The notes beneath the pieces are model-generated. The model saw nothing but the letters and a program-made list of their open reading frames with translations, was not told where the DNA came from and made no database searches. This document shows positions 6,892 to 14,334 of a DNA stretch of 64,000 nt, piece after piece (within the stretch, counting starts at the first letter, position 1; every line of letters begins with the position of its first letter). The DNA lies in the IMG/VR virus record IMGVR_UViG_3300042691_036566, positions 62,001-126,000 of that record; one strand, given 5' to 3'. The DNA is from an uncultured virus (IMG/VR IMGVR_UViG_3300042691_036566). Taxonomy: Duplodnaviria > Heunggongvirae > Uroviricota > Caudoviricetes. The position numbers and the translations under genes are program-made.

Positions 6892-6913
6892 AACTGGAAA
6901 AAAGGAGAAAGTA

Positions 6914-7081
6914 ATGCGAATCGTAGCACTGAGTGACGGCACTTGGGATATCTGTGCGGACATTGTTACACTCTCGGACGATCAATATGAGCGTTTGACA
7001 AGTGGTGAAGTGACAATCGCAGATCTGTATGAGGAAGGCATCGAGGCGGAAGTTATTCAAACCTTTAATCGGGAGCAGTAA
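6914..7081 (+). CDS. hypothetical protein
   Basis: AAGGAG RBS; MRIVALSDGTWDICAD... Confidence 0.7.
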   Translation: MRIVALSDGTWDICADIVTLSDDQYERLTSGEVTIADLYEEGIEAEVIQTFNREQ

Positions 7082-7082
7082 A

Positions 7083-7286
7083 ATGACGAAGCATGAGAAG
7101 CTAGAAAAGGCGAAGGTTGACCACAAGTACGCGATTGCTCGCATCGAGGAGCTGGAGCGTGAACTTACAAAGCAGCGCACGATTGCAAGTGATCGACTGC
7201 ATTCGCTGCGTAAGCTGGACCCCAAGACATATGGGGAAATCAAGAAGGGTTATGTTGATTGGTATACCCTTTCGCGTTCGGAGTAA
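7083..7286 (+). CDS. coiled-coil hypothetical protein
   Basis: GGAG RBS; ATG 7083. Confidence 0.7.
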   Translation: MTKHEKLEKAKVDHKYAIARIEELERELTKQRTIASDRLHSLRKLDPKTYGEIKKGYVDWYTLSRSE

Positions 7287-7294
7287 CTAAGGAA

Positions 7295-7429
7295 ATGAAG
7301 CGTGTGCTAGCCGCCGTTTTGGCGGTTGTAACCCTAACAAACTGTGTAGCAGAAAAGGAGTGCAAGGTGAGCGAAAAGGATTGCGTTGCTCTCTGGTATA
7401 TGATGCTTGATAAGAATGCGAGGCGATGA
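7295..7429 (+). CDS. 44-aa putative lipoprotein (not in track)
   Basis: MKRVLAAVLAVVTLTNC... Confidence 0.6.
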   Translation: MKRVLAAVLAVVTLTNCVAEKECKVSEKDCVALWYMMLDKNARR

Positions 7430-7521
7430 TGGCAGGTGTACTGATTGCGTCAATGATGCTTGGAGTTAGCTGGGCGTTTGGCAAGATGGTTTATAAGGCA
7501 ATCGAGGTGCCGCGTGATTAA
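7426..7521 (+). CDS. 31-aa TM peptide
   Basis: ATGA coupling; MMAGVLIASMMLGVSWAFGKMVYKAIEVPRD. Confidence 0.55.
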   Translation: MMAGVLIASMMLGVSWAFGKMVYKAIEVPRD

Positions 7522-7615
7522 TAAGGAAGTTGTTATCGAGGCTTTGACTGCGGTTGGTTTGGCAGCTGTAGTGGTTGCTGCGTTCTGGGTTGTTTACATT
7601 TTTGAACTGGGGTAG
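7514..7615 (+). CDS. 33-aa TM peptide
   Basis: GAGGT RBS, GTG; MINKEVVIEALTAVGLAAVVVAAFWVVYIFELG. Confidence 0.6.
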   Translation: MINKEVVIEALTAVGLAAVVVAAFWVVYIFELG

Positions 7616-7617
7616 AT

Positions 7618-7689
7618 ATGATCGCGTTGACAGTCTGGTTTGCGGTAGTTGCTTTGATCGTAGGAGTTACCACGGAGGTAGTAGGGTAA
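7618..7689 (+). CDS. 23-aa TM peptide
   Basis: MIALTVWFAVVALIVGVTTEVVG; TAATG coupled to next gene. Confidence 0.5.
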   Translation: MIALTVWFAVVALIVGVTTEVVG

Positions 7690-7832
7690 TGGGGGATGAT
7701 CAGATAAGCTATAGCAAGGAGCGGGGTCAATGTGATACCTGTGCTAGATTCACCTGGGTACTCACTCAGTACCTGGGTGGGTGTATTGTTGCACGGTACT
7801 GTAAGCGGTGCGAACCAAAGGAGATGGACTAA
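7689..7832 (+). CDS. small Zn-finger protein
   Basis: CDTC...CKRC; GGAGG RBS. Confidence 0.65.
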   Translation: MGDDQISYSKERGQCDTCARFTWVLTQYLGGCIVARYCKRCEPKEMD

Positions 7833-8215
7833 TGAGTGCAAAGGCGCAACACTTGTTTGACACGGCAAAGATTCAGCTGGTTAGACTCAACGAGGATTGG
7901 AGTTTGAGTGGTGATACTTTTTGTCACCAGACTGCCTCGATCATTCGATCAGCTGTGTGGAGTGATCGCGATGAGTATCAAAATGTTTACAGCTTGCAGC
8001 GTGCTGTTGCACATCTAGCTAGACGCTTTGCAGACTATACTGATCCCGACAGCGGTCCATGCAATACTGTTGAGCAGAGCAACGAGATTGCTCGGTGGTC
8101 TAATACGTTTGCAGCTGCATCGGATACGGTTAGTTTGCTTGAGGATACTTTGCCTGATAAGCAGCGTGAACTCTTAGCAAATGAAACAATGAGCTTCTAT
8201 CGACAGCTGTTTTAA
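7832..8215 (+). CDS. hypothetical protein
   Basis: AAGGAG RBS, TAATG coupling. Confidence 0.75.
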   Translation: MSAKAQHLFDTAKIQLVRLNEDWSLSGDTFCHQTASIIRSAVWSDRDEYQNVYSLQRAVAHLARRFADYTDPDSGPCNTVEQSNEIARWSNTFAAASDTVSLLEDTLPDKQRELLANETMSFYRQLF

Positions 8216-8392
8216 TGTTATTGCTATCGCTAAAAAACTTCTAGGGGTAGAAGGGGGACTTCCCCTCCCCCTACCCTCATGGTGGTATATATACGGAAAG
8301 TATGTCTACCGTGATTACTATTTTCATATAATAACGCGCCTAGGTCAAAAATATATCGCGGGTCATTTTTTGAAACTTTTTAGTTTTCAATT

Positions 8393-8401
8393 AACTACTT
8401 A
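8393..8401 (+). promoter_or_regulatory. candidate late promoter motif RACTAHTTA (also 8991, 9196, 13262, 18761, 21561, 24240, 53453)
   Basis: Recurrent 9-mer upstream of genes lacking sigma70 promoters. Confidence 0.55.
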
Positions 8402-8438
8402 CTGGTAAACTGTACCACAGAAAAATGGGGAAAAAAAC

Positions 8439-8918
8439 ATGAAAATTACAAGAGAGTTTTTAAGAAGAGTAATCGCGGAAGAATTACAGAGAGAGGTAGA
8501 TAGTTCAGGCGAGATGAACTCTATCGTAAAAGAGTTAGAATTCATAGCCGAGAAATTATCAGAAATCAATAAAAACGAATACGATTTTAAAGGTTTGCAA
8601 GGAAAGAACCCAATTCCAGATCTAGGAAATATGTTTAAACAACATGCTGATTTTATGAAGGTAACACCACCAGGTAGTCCAAATTCTAAAACGCTAGTTA
8701 GCGGATTAACAAAAATATTTGGATACCTAGAAAACATGATCGGTGATCAATCAGTGCAACAAGCTAACGCATATTACAAAGATCCTACCAACGCTGCAAG
8801 AGGACTAGGCATGTTTTACGCTAGAAACCTAGCAGTAGGCAACGACGCTCTTGAGCCTTTCCCACCAGAAAGTCGTAAAAAACTTCTAGATCGCATCAAA
8901 GCACTATATGCGGTATAA
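8439..8918 (+). CDS. hypothetical protein with MKITxxxLRRVIxEE leader (putative head-internal)
   Basis: MKITREFLRRVIAEE. Confidence 0.75.
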   Translation: MKITREFLRRVIAEELQREVDSSGEMNSIVKELEFIAEKLSEINKNEYDFKGLQGKNPIPDLGNMFKQHADFMKVTPPGSPNSKTLVSGLTKIFGYLENMIGDQSVQQANAYYKDPTNAARGLGMFYARNLAVGNDALEPFPPESRKKLLDRIKALYAV

Positions 8919-8931
8919 TATAAATTTTATA

Positions 8932-8982
8932 AATAAAAAACCCAAGTCGCTGGTTAAAATCCGGTAACTTGGGTTTTTTATT
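8932..8982. terminator. bidirectional rho-independent terminator
   Basis: AATAAAAAACCCAAGT...ACTTGGGTTTTTTATT. Confidence 0.8.
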
Positions 8983-9003
8983 GCCTAAAAAACTAATTAT
9001 TTT

Positions 9004-9201
9004 GTGTATAATAAATACAAAATAGGCACCCTCGTATACTCACTATACGATTGTTTAGGGATGATTATAGCAATCTCTAAAGATCATTACAGCAGCAAAT
9101 ATCTTGTTGAGTGGTACTGTCACCGATTCTATGGATCATACACAGAAGAAGAGGTAGAAAATCTAAGAAAGAATTTGCTTGATAAGATGGATAAGGACTA
9201 A
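9004..9201 (+). CDS. SH3/KOW-like small protein
   Basis: KYKIGTLV..LGMIIAI..YLVEW. Confidence 0.65.
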   Translation: MYNKYKIGTLVYSLYDCLGMIIAISKDHYSSKYLVEWYCHRFYGSYTEEEVENLRKNLLDKMDKD

Positions 9202-9208
9202 TTAAAAT

Positions 9209-10147
9209 ATGATAAAAATAAAAATTTCTAAAAAAAGAATGTTGGAGAACGATAAAAAAAGTAGACCCAACGATTTAAACGACGTTCAAAAAAAGAATTT
9301 AAATTTCTTATTGCTAAGTAAATTTGAAATTGGAGTTGGACCACAAGAGGACGACATTTCTGATGAAATTATAAGTTCTATAATTGATTCTGAAATGGAT
9401 AGAACCGGTAATTTTGATCTATATGATAACCCTCCAGCAGCCCTAACTGCTCCAAAGGTTATGGAAGATCTAGTTAAAAAAATTAAACCACTTACCCATG
9501 CAAAATTAATAAAGGCTATAACCGGCAGATCCTACGGCAAAATATTTAAACTCGACAATGAGCACATATTAAAAATATTTTTTGGTGGCATAGATGTTAA
9601 AGAGGATATGGAATGGTATAAAAAATGCCACGACCTAATGCACAAAAAGGGTGCTAAACTAACCACCCTACCTGTGTATGATTATGGAGAAGTCAAACTA
9701 AAAGCCATGCCAGACGCTTTTGTTGCCTATGTTGAAATGGCGGAAGTAGAGCCACTAGACATTTATCTAAAGGGAACTAAAAGAGCCTTAAGTGATGATA
9801 GTCCAGGATCTGATATTGTTTCTAAGTTACAAGCTTACTTTATTGAGGCATATTATAGAGAGAATATAAAAAATATTGATGGAATCAAAGAATATGTTAA
9901 AAAAAGAGTAAATACATTCGACTCTCCATATTTATATGGCAAAAAAGACGACGATGGGGAAGAAGGCCCAGATTATGGTGGTGGAATCTATCGCCCATTA
10001 ACAGACGAAGAAGCTTCTAGCATCCTAGAAGCATTTTATGATATGGTTAAACTTGGATATCAATTAAGCGATATTGCACCTCGAAATATGGGAGTTTTAA
10101 AACAAAGCAGCGTAAGCAATCCAAAAATAGTTATTTTCGATAGGTAA
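9209..10147 (+). CDS. minimal protein-kinase-like protein, paralog 1
   Basis: GRSYGKIF (Gly loop), ILKIF (Lys), YVEMAE (hinge), SDIAPRNMG (catalytic DxxxxN), IVIFD. Confidence 0.7.
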   Translation: MIKIKISKKRMLENDKKSRPNDLNDVQKKNLNFLLLSKFEIGVGPQEDDISDEIISSIIDSEMDRTGNFDLYDNPPAALTAPKVMEDLVKKIKPLTHAKLIKAITGRSYGKIFKLDNEHILKIFFGGIDVKEDMEWYKKCHDLMHKKGAKLTTLPVYDYGEVKLKAMPDAFVAYVEMAEVEPLDIYLKGTKRALSDDSPGSDIVSKLQAYFIEAYYRENIKNIDGIKEYVKKRVNTFDSPYLYGKKDDDGEEGPDYGGGIYRPLTDEEASSILEAFYDMVKLGYQLSDIAPRNMGVLKQSSVSNPKIVIFDR

Positions 10148-10153
10148 AACAAG

Positions 10154-11005
10154 ATGAAAATAAAAAATAAAATATTAAAAATAATAAAAGAGCAGATATC
10201 GCTAATAGAAAATAGTTCTTCTCCCGCTGAACACAATTTTGATATCATCTTTAAACAAGCTTGGAGTGACCAATCTGGTATGATCTATGATAGCATATTT
10301 GGATCGGCTGGGGATGTTTTTGGAGCTTTTACTGGTGAATATAGCGATGAGGAGAAAGAAGAAAAAGCTAACAATATTCGCGGTCTTATAAACAATATCT
10401 CCTGCCTAAAATCTTTTAAAATTGAAAAAGCTGTAACAGGTCGCTCATTTGGTAAAGTATTTAAAATGAGTAATGGTCATATGCTTAAAATATTTTCTGA
10501 TTCATTAAATGTTCAAGATGATCTTGAATGGTACAAAGAAGCGTATGATAAAGCATTTGAAGGAAGCGCAAATTTAAATACACTACCTATATATGATTTT
10601 GGATCGTTTGATCCTGGTGATGGGGCAGATATTCATTTTGTTGAAATGGCTGAAGTTATGCCGCTTGATAAATGGATTATCTATACAAAACGCGGAAATG
10701 AATCTGATGCGCGTGATGGTTTAAGTCCTCTTATTTCATTCTATGACGAGATGCGCCGTGAAGCAAGAAAAAATAAAGTGTTAGATATGACAAAAGAAGA
10801 TGCAGTACAAATGACACTTTTTATGCTTGCTCATGCCCGAAGTAATTATGAACCGTTCACAAGACAGGAAGCAGAAGCCATTTTAGGTGCTTTCTGGGAG
10901 GCTGAACAATCAGGATGGTCTCTGCAAGATACAGCTGTTCGTAATATGGGTGTAACAAAACAAAGTGACCCAAATAATCCCGTTGTTATAATTTTTGACA
11001 GATAA
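10154..11005 (+). CDS. minimal protein-kinase-like protein, paralog 2
   Basis: GRSFGKVF, MLKIF, FVEMAE, QDTAVRNMG, VIIFDR. Confidence 0.7.
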   Translation: MKIKNKILKIIKEQISLIENSSSPAEHNFDIIFKQAWSDQSGMIYDSIFGSAGDVFGAFTGEYSDEEKEEKANNIRGLINNISCLKSFKIEKAVTGRSFGKVFKMSNGHMLKIFSDSLNVQDDLEWYKEAYDKAFEGSANLNTLPIYDFGSFDPGDGADIHFVEMAEVMPLDKWIIYTKRGNESDARDGLSPLISFYDEMRREARKNKVLDMTKEDAVQMTLFMLAHARSNYEPFTRQEAEAILGAFWEAEQSGWSLQDTAVRNMGVTKQSDPNNPVVIIFDR

Positions 11006-11039
11006 TATGTTATAATCCTATAATATATATTTTTTTTTC

Positions 11040-11068
11040 TTGACCGGCCCATTAATATGTGGTATTAT
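11040..11068 (+). promoter_or_regulatory. sigma70-type promoter
   Basis: TTGACC-17-TATTAT with TG extension and T-rich upstream tract. Confidence 0.8.
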
Positions 11069-11074
11069 AGTACC

Positions 11075-11299
11075 ATGATTAAGCAAACCTCAACTCAAAA
11101 ACATAATATTGGCGAAATGGTGTGTATGTGTAAAATTGACCAATCTATTGGTACAATTGTTAAATTTGATGGATTATTTTATAAAGTTCATTGGAACATG
11201 AATCCGTTTGTATCAAACAATAAAATTGAAACGCATCATCTTGATGCAAATATCTCAATTATGAAGAAAAATTTACAAGAACTCCTAGAGGAGTCATAA
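11075..11299 (+). CDS. SH3/KOW-like small protein
   Basis: HNIGEMV..IGTIVK..YKVHW. Confidence 0.65.
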   Translation: MIKQTSTQKHNIGEMVCMCKIDQSIGTIVKFDGLFYKVHWNMNPFVSNNKIETHHLDANISIMKKNLQELLEES

Positions 11300-11313
11300 G
11301 AAAAGAGAAAAAC

Positions 11314-11535
11314 ATGAACGGTCCTAGATTAACAGAAAAAGATTTATTTAACGCAAAAACATTAGTTTGTGAATCGTGTGGAAATAATACATTTGTGAAT
11401 GTCTACATGATTAAACAAATTTCTGCCCTACTTTCCCCGAGTGGTCAAGAGATTAATGCACCAATCCCGACATTTGCTTGTAGCAAGTGTTCACACATCA
11501 ACAAAAGTTTTCTCCCGCCTGAGCGGCAAGAATAA
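11314..11535 (+). CDS. Zn-ribbon protein
   Basis: CESC...FACSKCSH. Confidence 0.75.
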   Translation: MNGPRLTEKDLFNAKTLVCESCGNNTFVNVYMIKQISALLSPSGQEINAPIPTFACSKCSHINKSFLPPERQE

Positions 11536-11546
11536 GGTAAACAAAT

Positions 11547-12059
11547 ATGAGAGTCTTAGCCCTAAGCTGTAATTATGAACCACTAGGAACTGTTTCTTGG
11601 GAAAAAGCAATTGGTTTAATATTTAACGATAAAGTTTTAACAGTCGGTGAGTATGATCAAGAAATTCGTTCGCCATCTTATACAATGAAGCTACCATCAG
11701 TTATTGTATATAAGAGCAGCAAATGGCGTAAGATTAATTCTGTACGTTTTTCACGTCGTAATGTTTGGCTTCGAGATGAAGGTAGATGTCAATATTGCTC
11801 AAGACGAATTTCACTAAAAAACTTCACACTAGATCACGTTGTGCCTAAAAGCACAGGTGGTAAAACCGTCTGGACAAACGTCGTGGCGTGTTGCTATGAA
11901 TGTAACCAGAAGAAAGGAAACCAAACTTTGAAGGAGTCTGGTATGGGGCTTTTAAAAACTCCAATCAAACCCATGTCTCTTCCATTTGTTCAAGAATCAG
12001 AAACTTCTTTTACTGATAGTTCTCTGCACCCAACTTGGAAGTTCTGGTTGAATAGATAA
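11547..12059 (+). CDS. McrA-like HNH endonuclease
   Basis: RDEGRCQYC..TLDHVVPKSTGG..WTNVVACCYECNQKK. Confidence 0.9.
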   Translation: MRVLALSCNYEPLGTVSWEKAIGLIFNDKVLTVGEYDQEIRSPSYTMKLPSVIVYKSSKWRKINSVRFSRRNVWLRDEGRCQYCSRRISLKNFTLDHVVPKSTGGKTVWTNVVACCYECNQKKGNQTLKESGMGLLKTPIKPMSLPFVQESETSFTDSSLHPTWKFWLNR

Positions 12060-12635
12060 ATGCTTGTAACAGTTCTTGATACAGAAACAACAGGATTAGA
12101 TCCTAAAGTTCACGAAATTATACAGTTTGCTGCTGTTCGTTTTTCATTGAAAGATGACAGCAGTATCTGTATACTTGATAAATTAGATATAAAAATTAAA
12201 CCTAAAAATCTCGCGGCGGCTTCGCCGCAAGCATTGAAGGTTAATGGGTTCACGCCCGAAGCGTGGGAAGATTCTTTAGAAATTGAACACCATTTGCCTG
12301 CAATTGAGTCGTTTATTACAAATTCTTCTTTCTTATTAGGCCAAAATCTTATCTTTGATCTAAGATTTATTAGTTTAGCTTTCAAAGAAAAAAAAATAAC
12401 TTTTCCGCACTACGCCGATACAAAACACATGGCTAGTAAACTAGTATCTAAAGGTTTATTAAAAAGTGCTGCAATGGATAAATTGTGCGAACACTACCAA
12501 ATTAAGTTTCAAGGGCGCGCACATACAGCTTTAGTTGACTGTCAGAGAACATTAAATGTTTGGTTAAGACTGATAAAAGAAACTGACGTAGATTTTTTCT
12601 CATATGAGGCTCCTTTTGATCCATACAACAAATAA
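12060..12635 (+). CDS. DEDDh 3'-5' exonuclease (DnaQ-like)
   Basis: DTETTG, NLIFD, HTALVD. Confidence 0.9.
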   Translation: MLVTVLDTETTGLDPKVHEIIQFAAVRFSLKDDSSICILDKLDIKIKPKNLAAASPQALKVNGFTPEAWEDSLEIEHHLPAIESFITNSSFLLGQNLIFDLRFISLAFKEKKITFPHYADTKHMASKLVSKGLLKSAAMDKLCEHYQIKFQGRAHTALVDCQRTLNVWLRLIKETDVDFFSYEAPFDPYNK

Positions 12636-12636
12636 C

Positions 12637-12825
12637 ATGAATGAACAACAAAAAAGACCATTAACAGACACCGAATTGGAAAAATTATCGTCTATATTTT
12701 ATAGGCTTTCAACTGCAGCACGTTACTCATTTTTAGCATCAATGATAGTTAAATATCCGGAAAATTATCCTCAGATAATTGAAAGATTGGGTGAGATGTA
12801 TGAAAAAACAATTGTACGAGCCTAG
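12637..12825 (+). CDS. hypothetical protein
   Basis: ORF between exonuclease and next gene. Confidence 0.6.
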   Translation: MNEQQKRPLTDTELEKLSSIFYRLSTAARYSFLASMIVKYPENYPQIIERLGEMYEKTIVRA

Positions 12826-13066
12826 GATTGGAGATTTTGTTGCAAAGAAAATACCAGATACAGATTGGGTTATAACAGGTGTAATAGTTGATTATTATTC
12901 TCTCTATACTCAATCTCCTACTTATAAAGTTTTATGGTCGCCAGAACCAAGATTTCCAATATCTAGTGGTGAATTATACGAATCATATGAAAACTTTGAA
13001 TATAGTAATATTAAAATAATTCGTAGTGAAAAAGATATCCCAGATGATTTTTTGCCCGCTATTTAA
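12800..13066 (+). CDS. SH3/KOW-like small protein
   Basis: PRIGDFV..TGVIVD..YKVLW. Confidence 0.65.
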   Translation: MKKQLYEPRIGDFVAKKIPDTDWVITGVIVDYYSLYTQSPTYKVLWSPEPRFPISSGELYESYENFEYSNIKIIRSEKDIPDDFLPAI

Positions 13067-13083
13067 TTTAGGAGGCAAAATCC

Positions 13084-13236
13084 ATGAAAAAGCAGGAACA
13101 TGAAGAAAGGCCAATGTTACAGATTGATCTATTTGAAGTTCAGCAGGAATGGGAGTGGTATCAGAAAAAAAAGCAAGAGGAAGAAAAAAAAGAGTCTAAA
13201 AAAGAAAATACTGTTATAATTATAGATGTTTATTAA
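13084..13236 (+). CDS. 50-aa charged protein (not in track)
   Basis: AGGAGG RBS; MKKQEHEERPMLQIDLF...VIIIDVY. Confidence 0.7.
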   Translation: MKKQEHEERPMLQIDLFEVQQEWEWYQKKKQEEEKKESKKENTVIIIDVY

Positions 13237-13308
13237 AACAAATACATTTATTCATTTTAGAAACTACTTATGATTAAGTTCATAGGTAGTTTTTTTTTGG
13301 CAAAAAAT

Positions 13309-14142
13309 ATGGCATATTTATTATTAGAAAAAATTTCTAGAGAAGAAATGAAAGATTATATGAAAGAATTATACCTTTATTTAAAGGAAAAAATGCCAAA
13401 AATCGATAGAGATCCTAAAGTTTTTTTAGAGTCTGACAAGGAAAATGCAGAAGATCTATTAGGTAAAACAGGATTTTATGATCCTAAATCTGAAGAAATA
13501 CATTTATTTATAACTGATAGACATGCAAAAGATGTGTTAAGATCTTTTGCACACGAAGTTGTGCATCACGAACAAAATTGTAGTGGATTTACTGCAACTA
13601 TTAATTTATCCAACACTCATAAAATAGATTATGCATCAACAGATCCAAAATTACGTAAAGCTGAGAAAGATGCTTTTACGAGAGGAAATATGTTTTTTCG
13701 TGATTGGACAGATTCTTTAAAAGTAAAAAGAGAAAAGGAGAAAGATATTATGGCTGAAAATGTAAAGATCGACAAAGAGAAAGCAGATTTAAATAAAGAT
13801 AATAAATTATCAGGATATGAAAAAAAGCGTGGCGAGGCTATTCAAAAAGCCATGTCTAAAAATAAAAAACCTGTAAAAAAAGTTAAAGAACAAAAATCTT
13901 GTTCCTCAAAAAAAGAGGTTGAGGAAGCTAAGAAGAAAGCAAAAGAAGATGCAAAAAAACACATTAAACACCAAAGAGGAAAAGATATAGAAGAATTAAA
14001 AGAAGAGGAATCTTTAGAAGAATCTAAGATTCCATATTCTAATTTGTTTGAAACAAAAGAAAGACTACTAAAAGAAGTTTTTGAAAGAAAAGAAAATCTT
14101 GTGTTTAATACTTTGATGGAAAGATTTATTAAAAATGCCTAA
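13309..14142 (+). CDS. zincin-like metallopeptidase with K/E-rich tail
   Basis: FAHEVVHHEQ...E; EF-hand-like DLNKDNKLS; start 13270 or 13309. Confidence 0.7.
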   Translation: MAYLLLEKISREEMKDYMKELYLYLKEKMPKIDRDPKVFLESDKENAEDLLGKTGFYDPKSEEIHLFITDRHAKDVLRSFAHEVVHHEQNCSGFTATINLSNTHKIDYASTDPKLRKAEKDAFTRGNMFFRDWTDSLKVKREKEKDIMAENVKIDKEKADLNKDNKLSGYEKKRGEAIQKAMSKNKKPVKKVKEQKSCSSKKEVEEAKKKAKEDAKKHIKHQRGKDIEELKEEESLEESKIPYSNLFETKERLLKEVFERKENLVFNTLMERFIKNA

Positions 14143-14323
14143 TCCAGTTAAATCTTATAGTAATTATGTAATTGATGATATTACAGGTTCGTTTCAGGAA
14201 CAACAACAATATATAGCACCGGAAAGTTCTGGCTCTGCTCCTATTTTGTTTACCATAGACGGTCCTCTATCACTAAAAGGAACTAATTTACCTTACACAG
14301 TAACTGCTTCTAAAAGAAAATAA
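14135..14323 (+). CDS. hypothetical protein
   Basis: coupled ORF. Confidence 0.6.
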   Translation: MPNPVKSYSNYVIDDITGSFQEQQQYIAPESSGSAPILFTIDGPLSLKGTNLPYTVTASKRK

Positions 14324-14334
14324 GGAATTATAAA

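Noticed and set aside
2900..6900. CRISPR array
   Set aside because: Repeats are degenerate, irregularly spaced and separated by genes
7308..7328. TAGCCGCC/GGCGGTTG hairpin as a fourth motif copy
   Set aside because: Lies in coding sequence (LAAVLAV) and lacks the CCAG loop and CANGGCGC bulge
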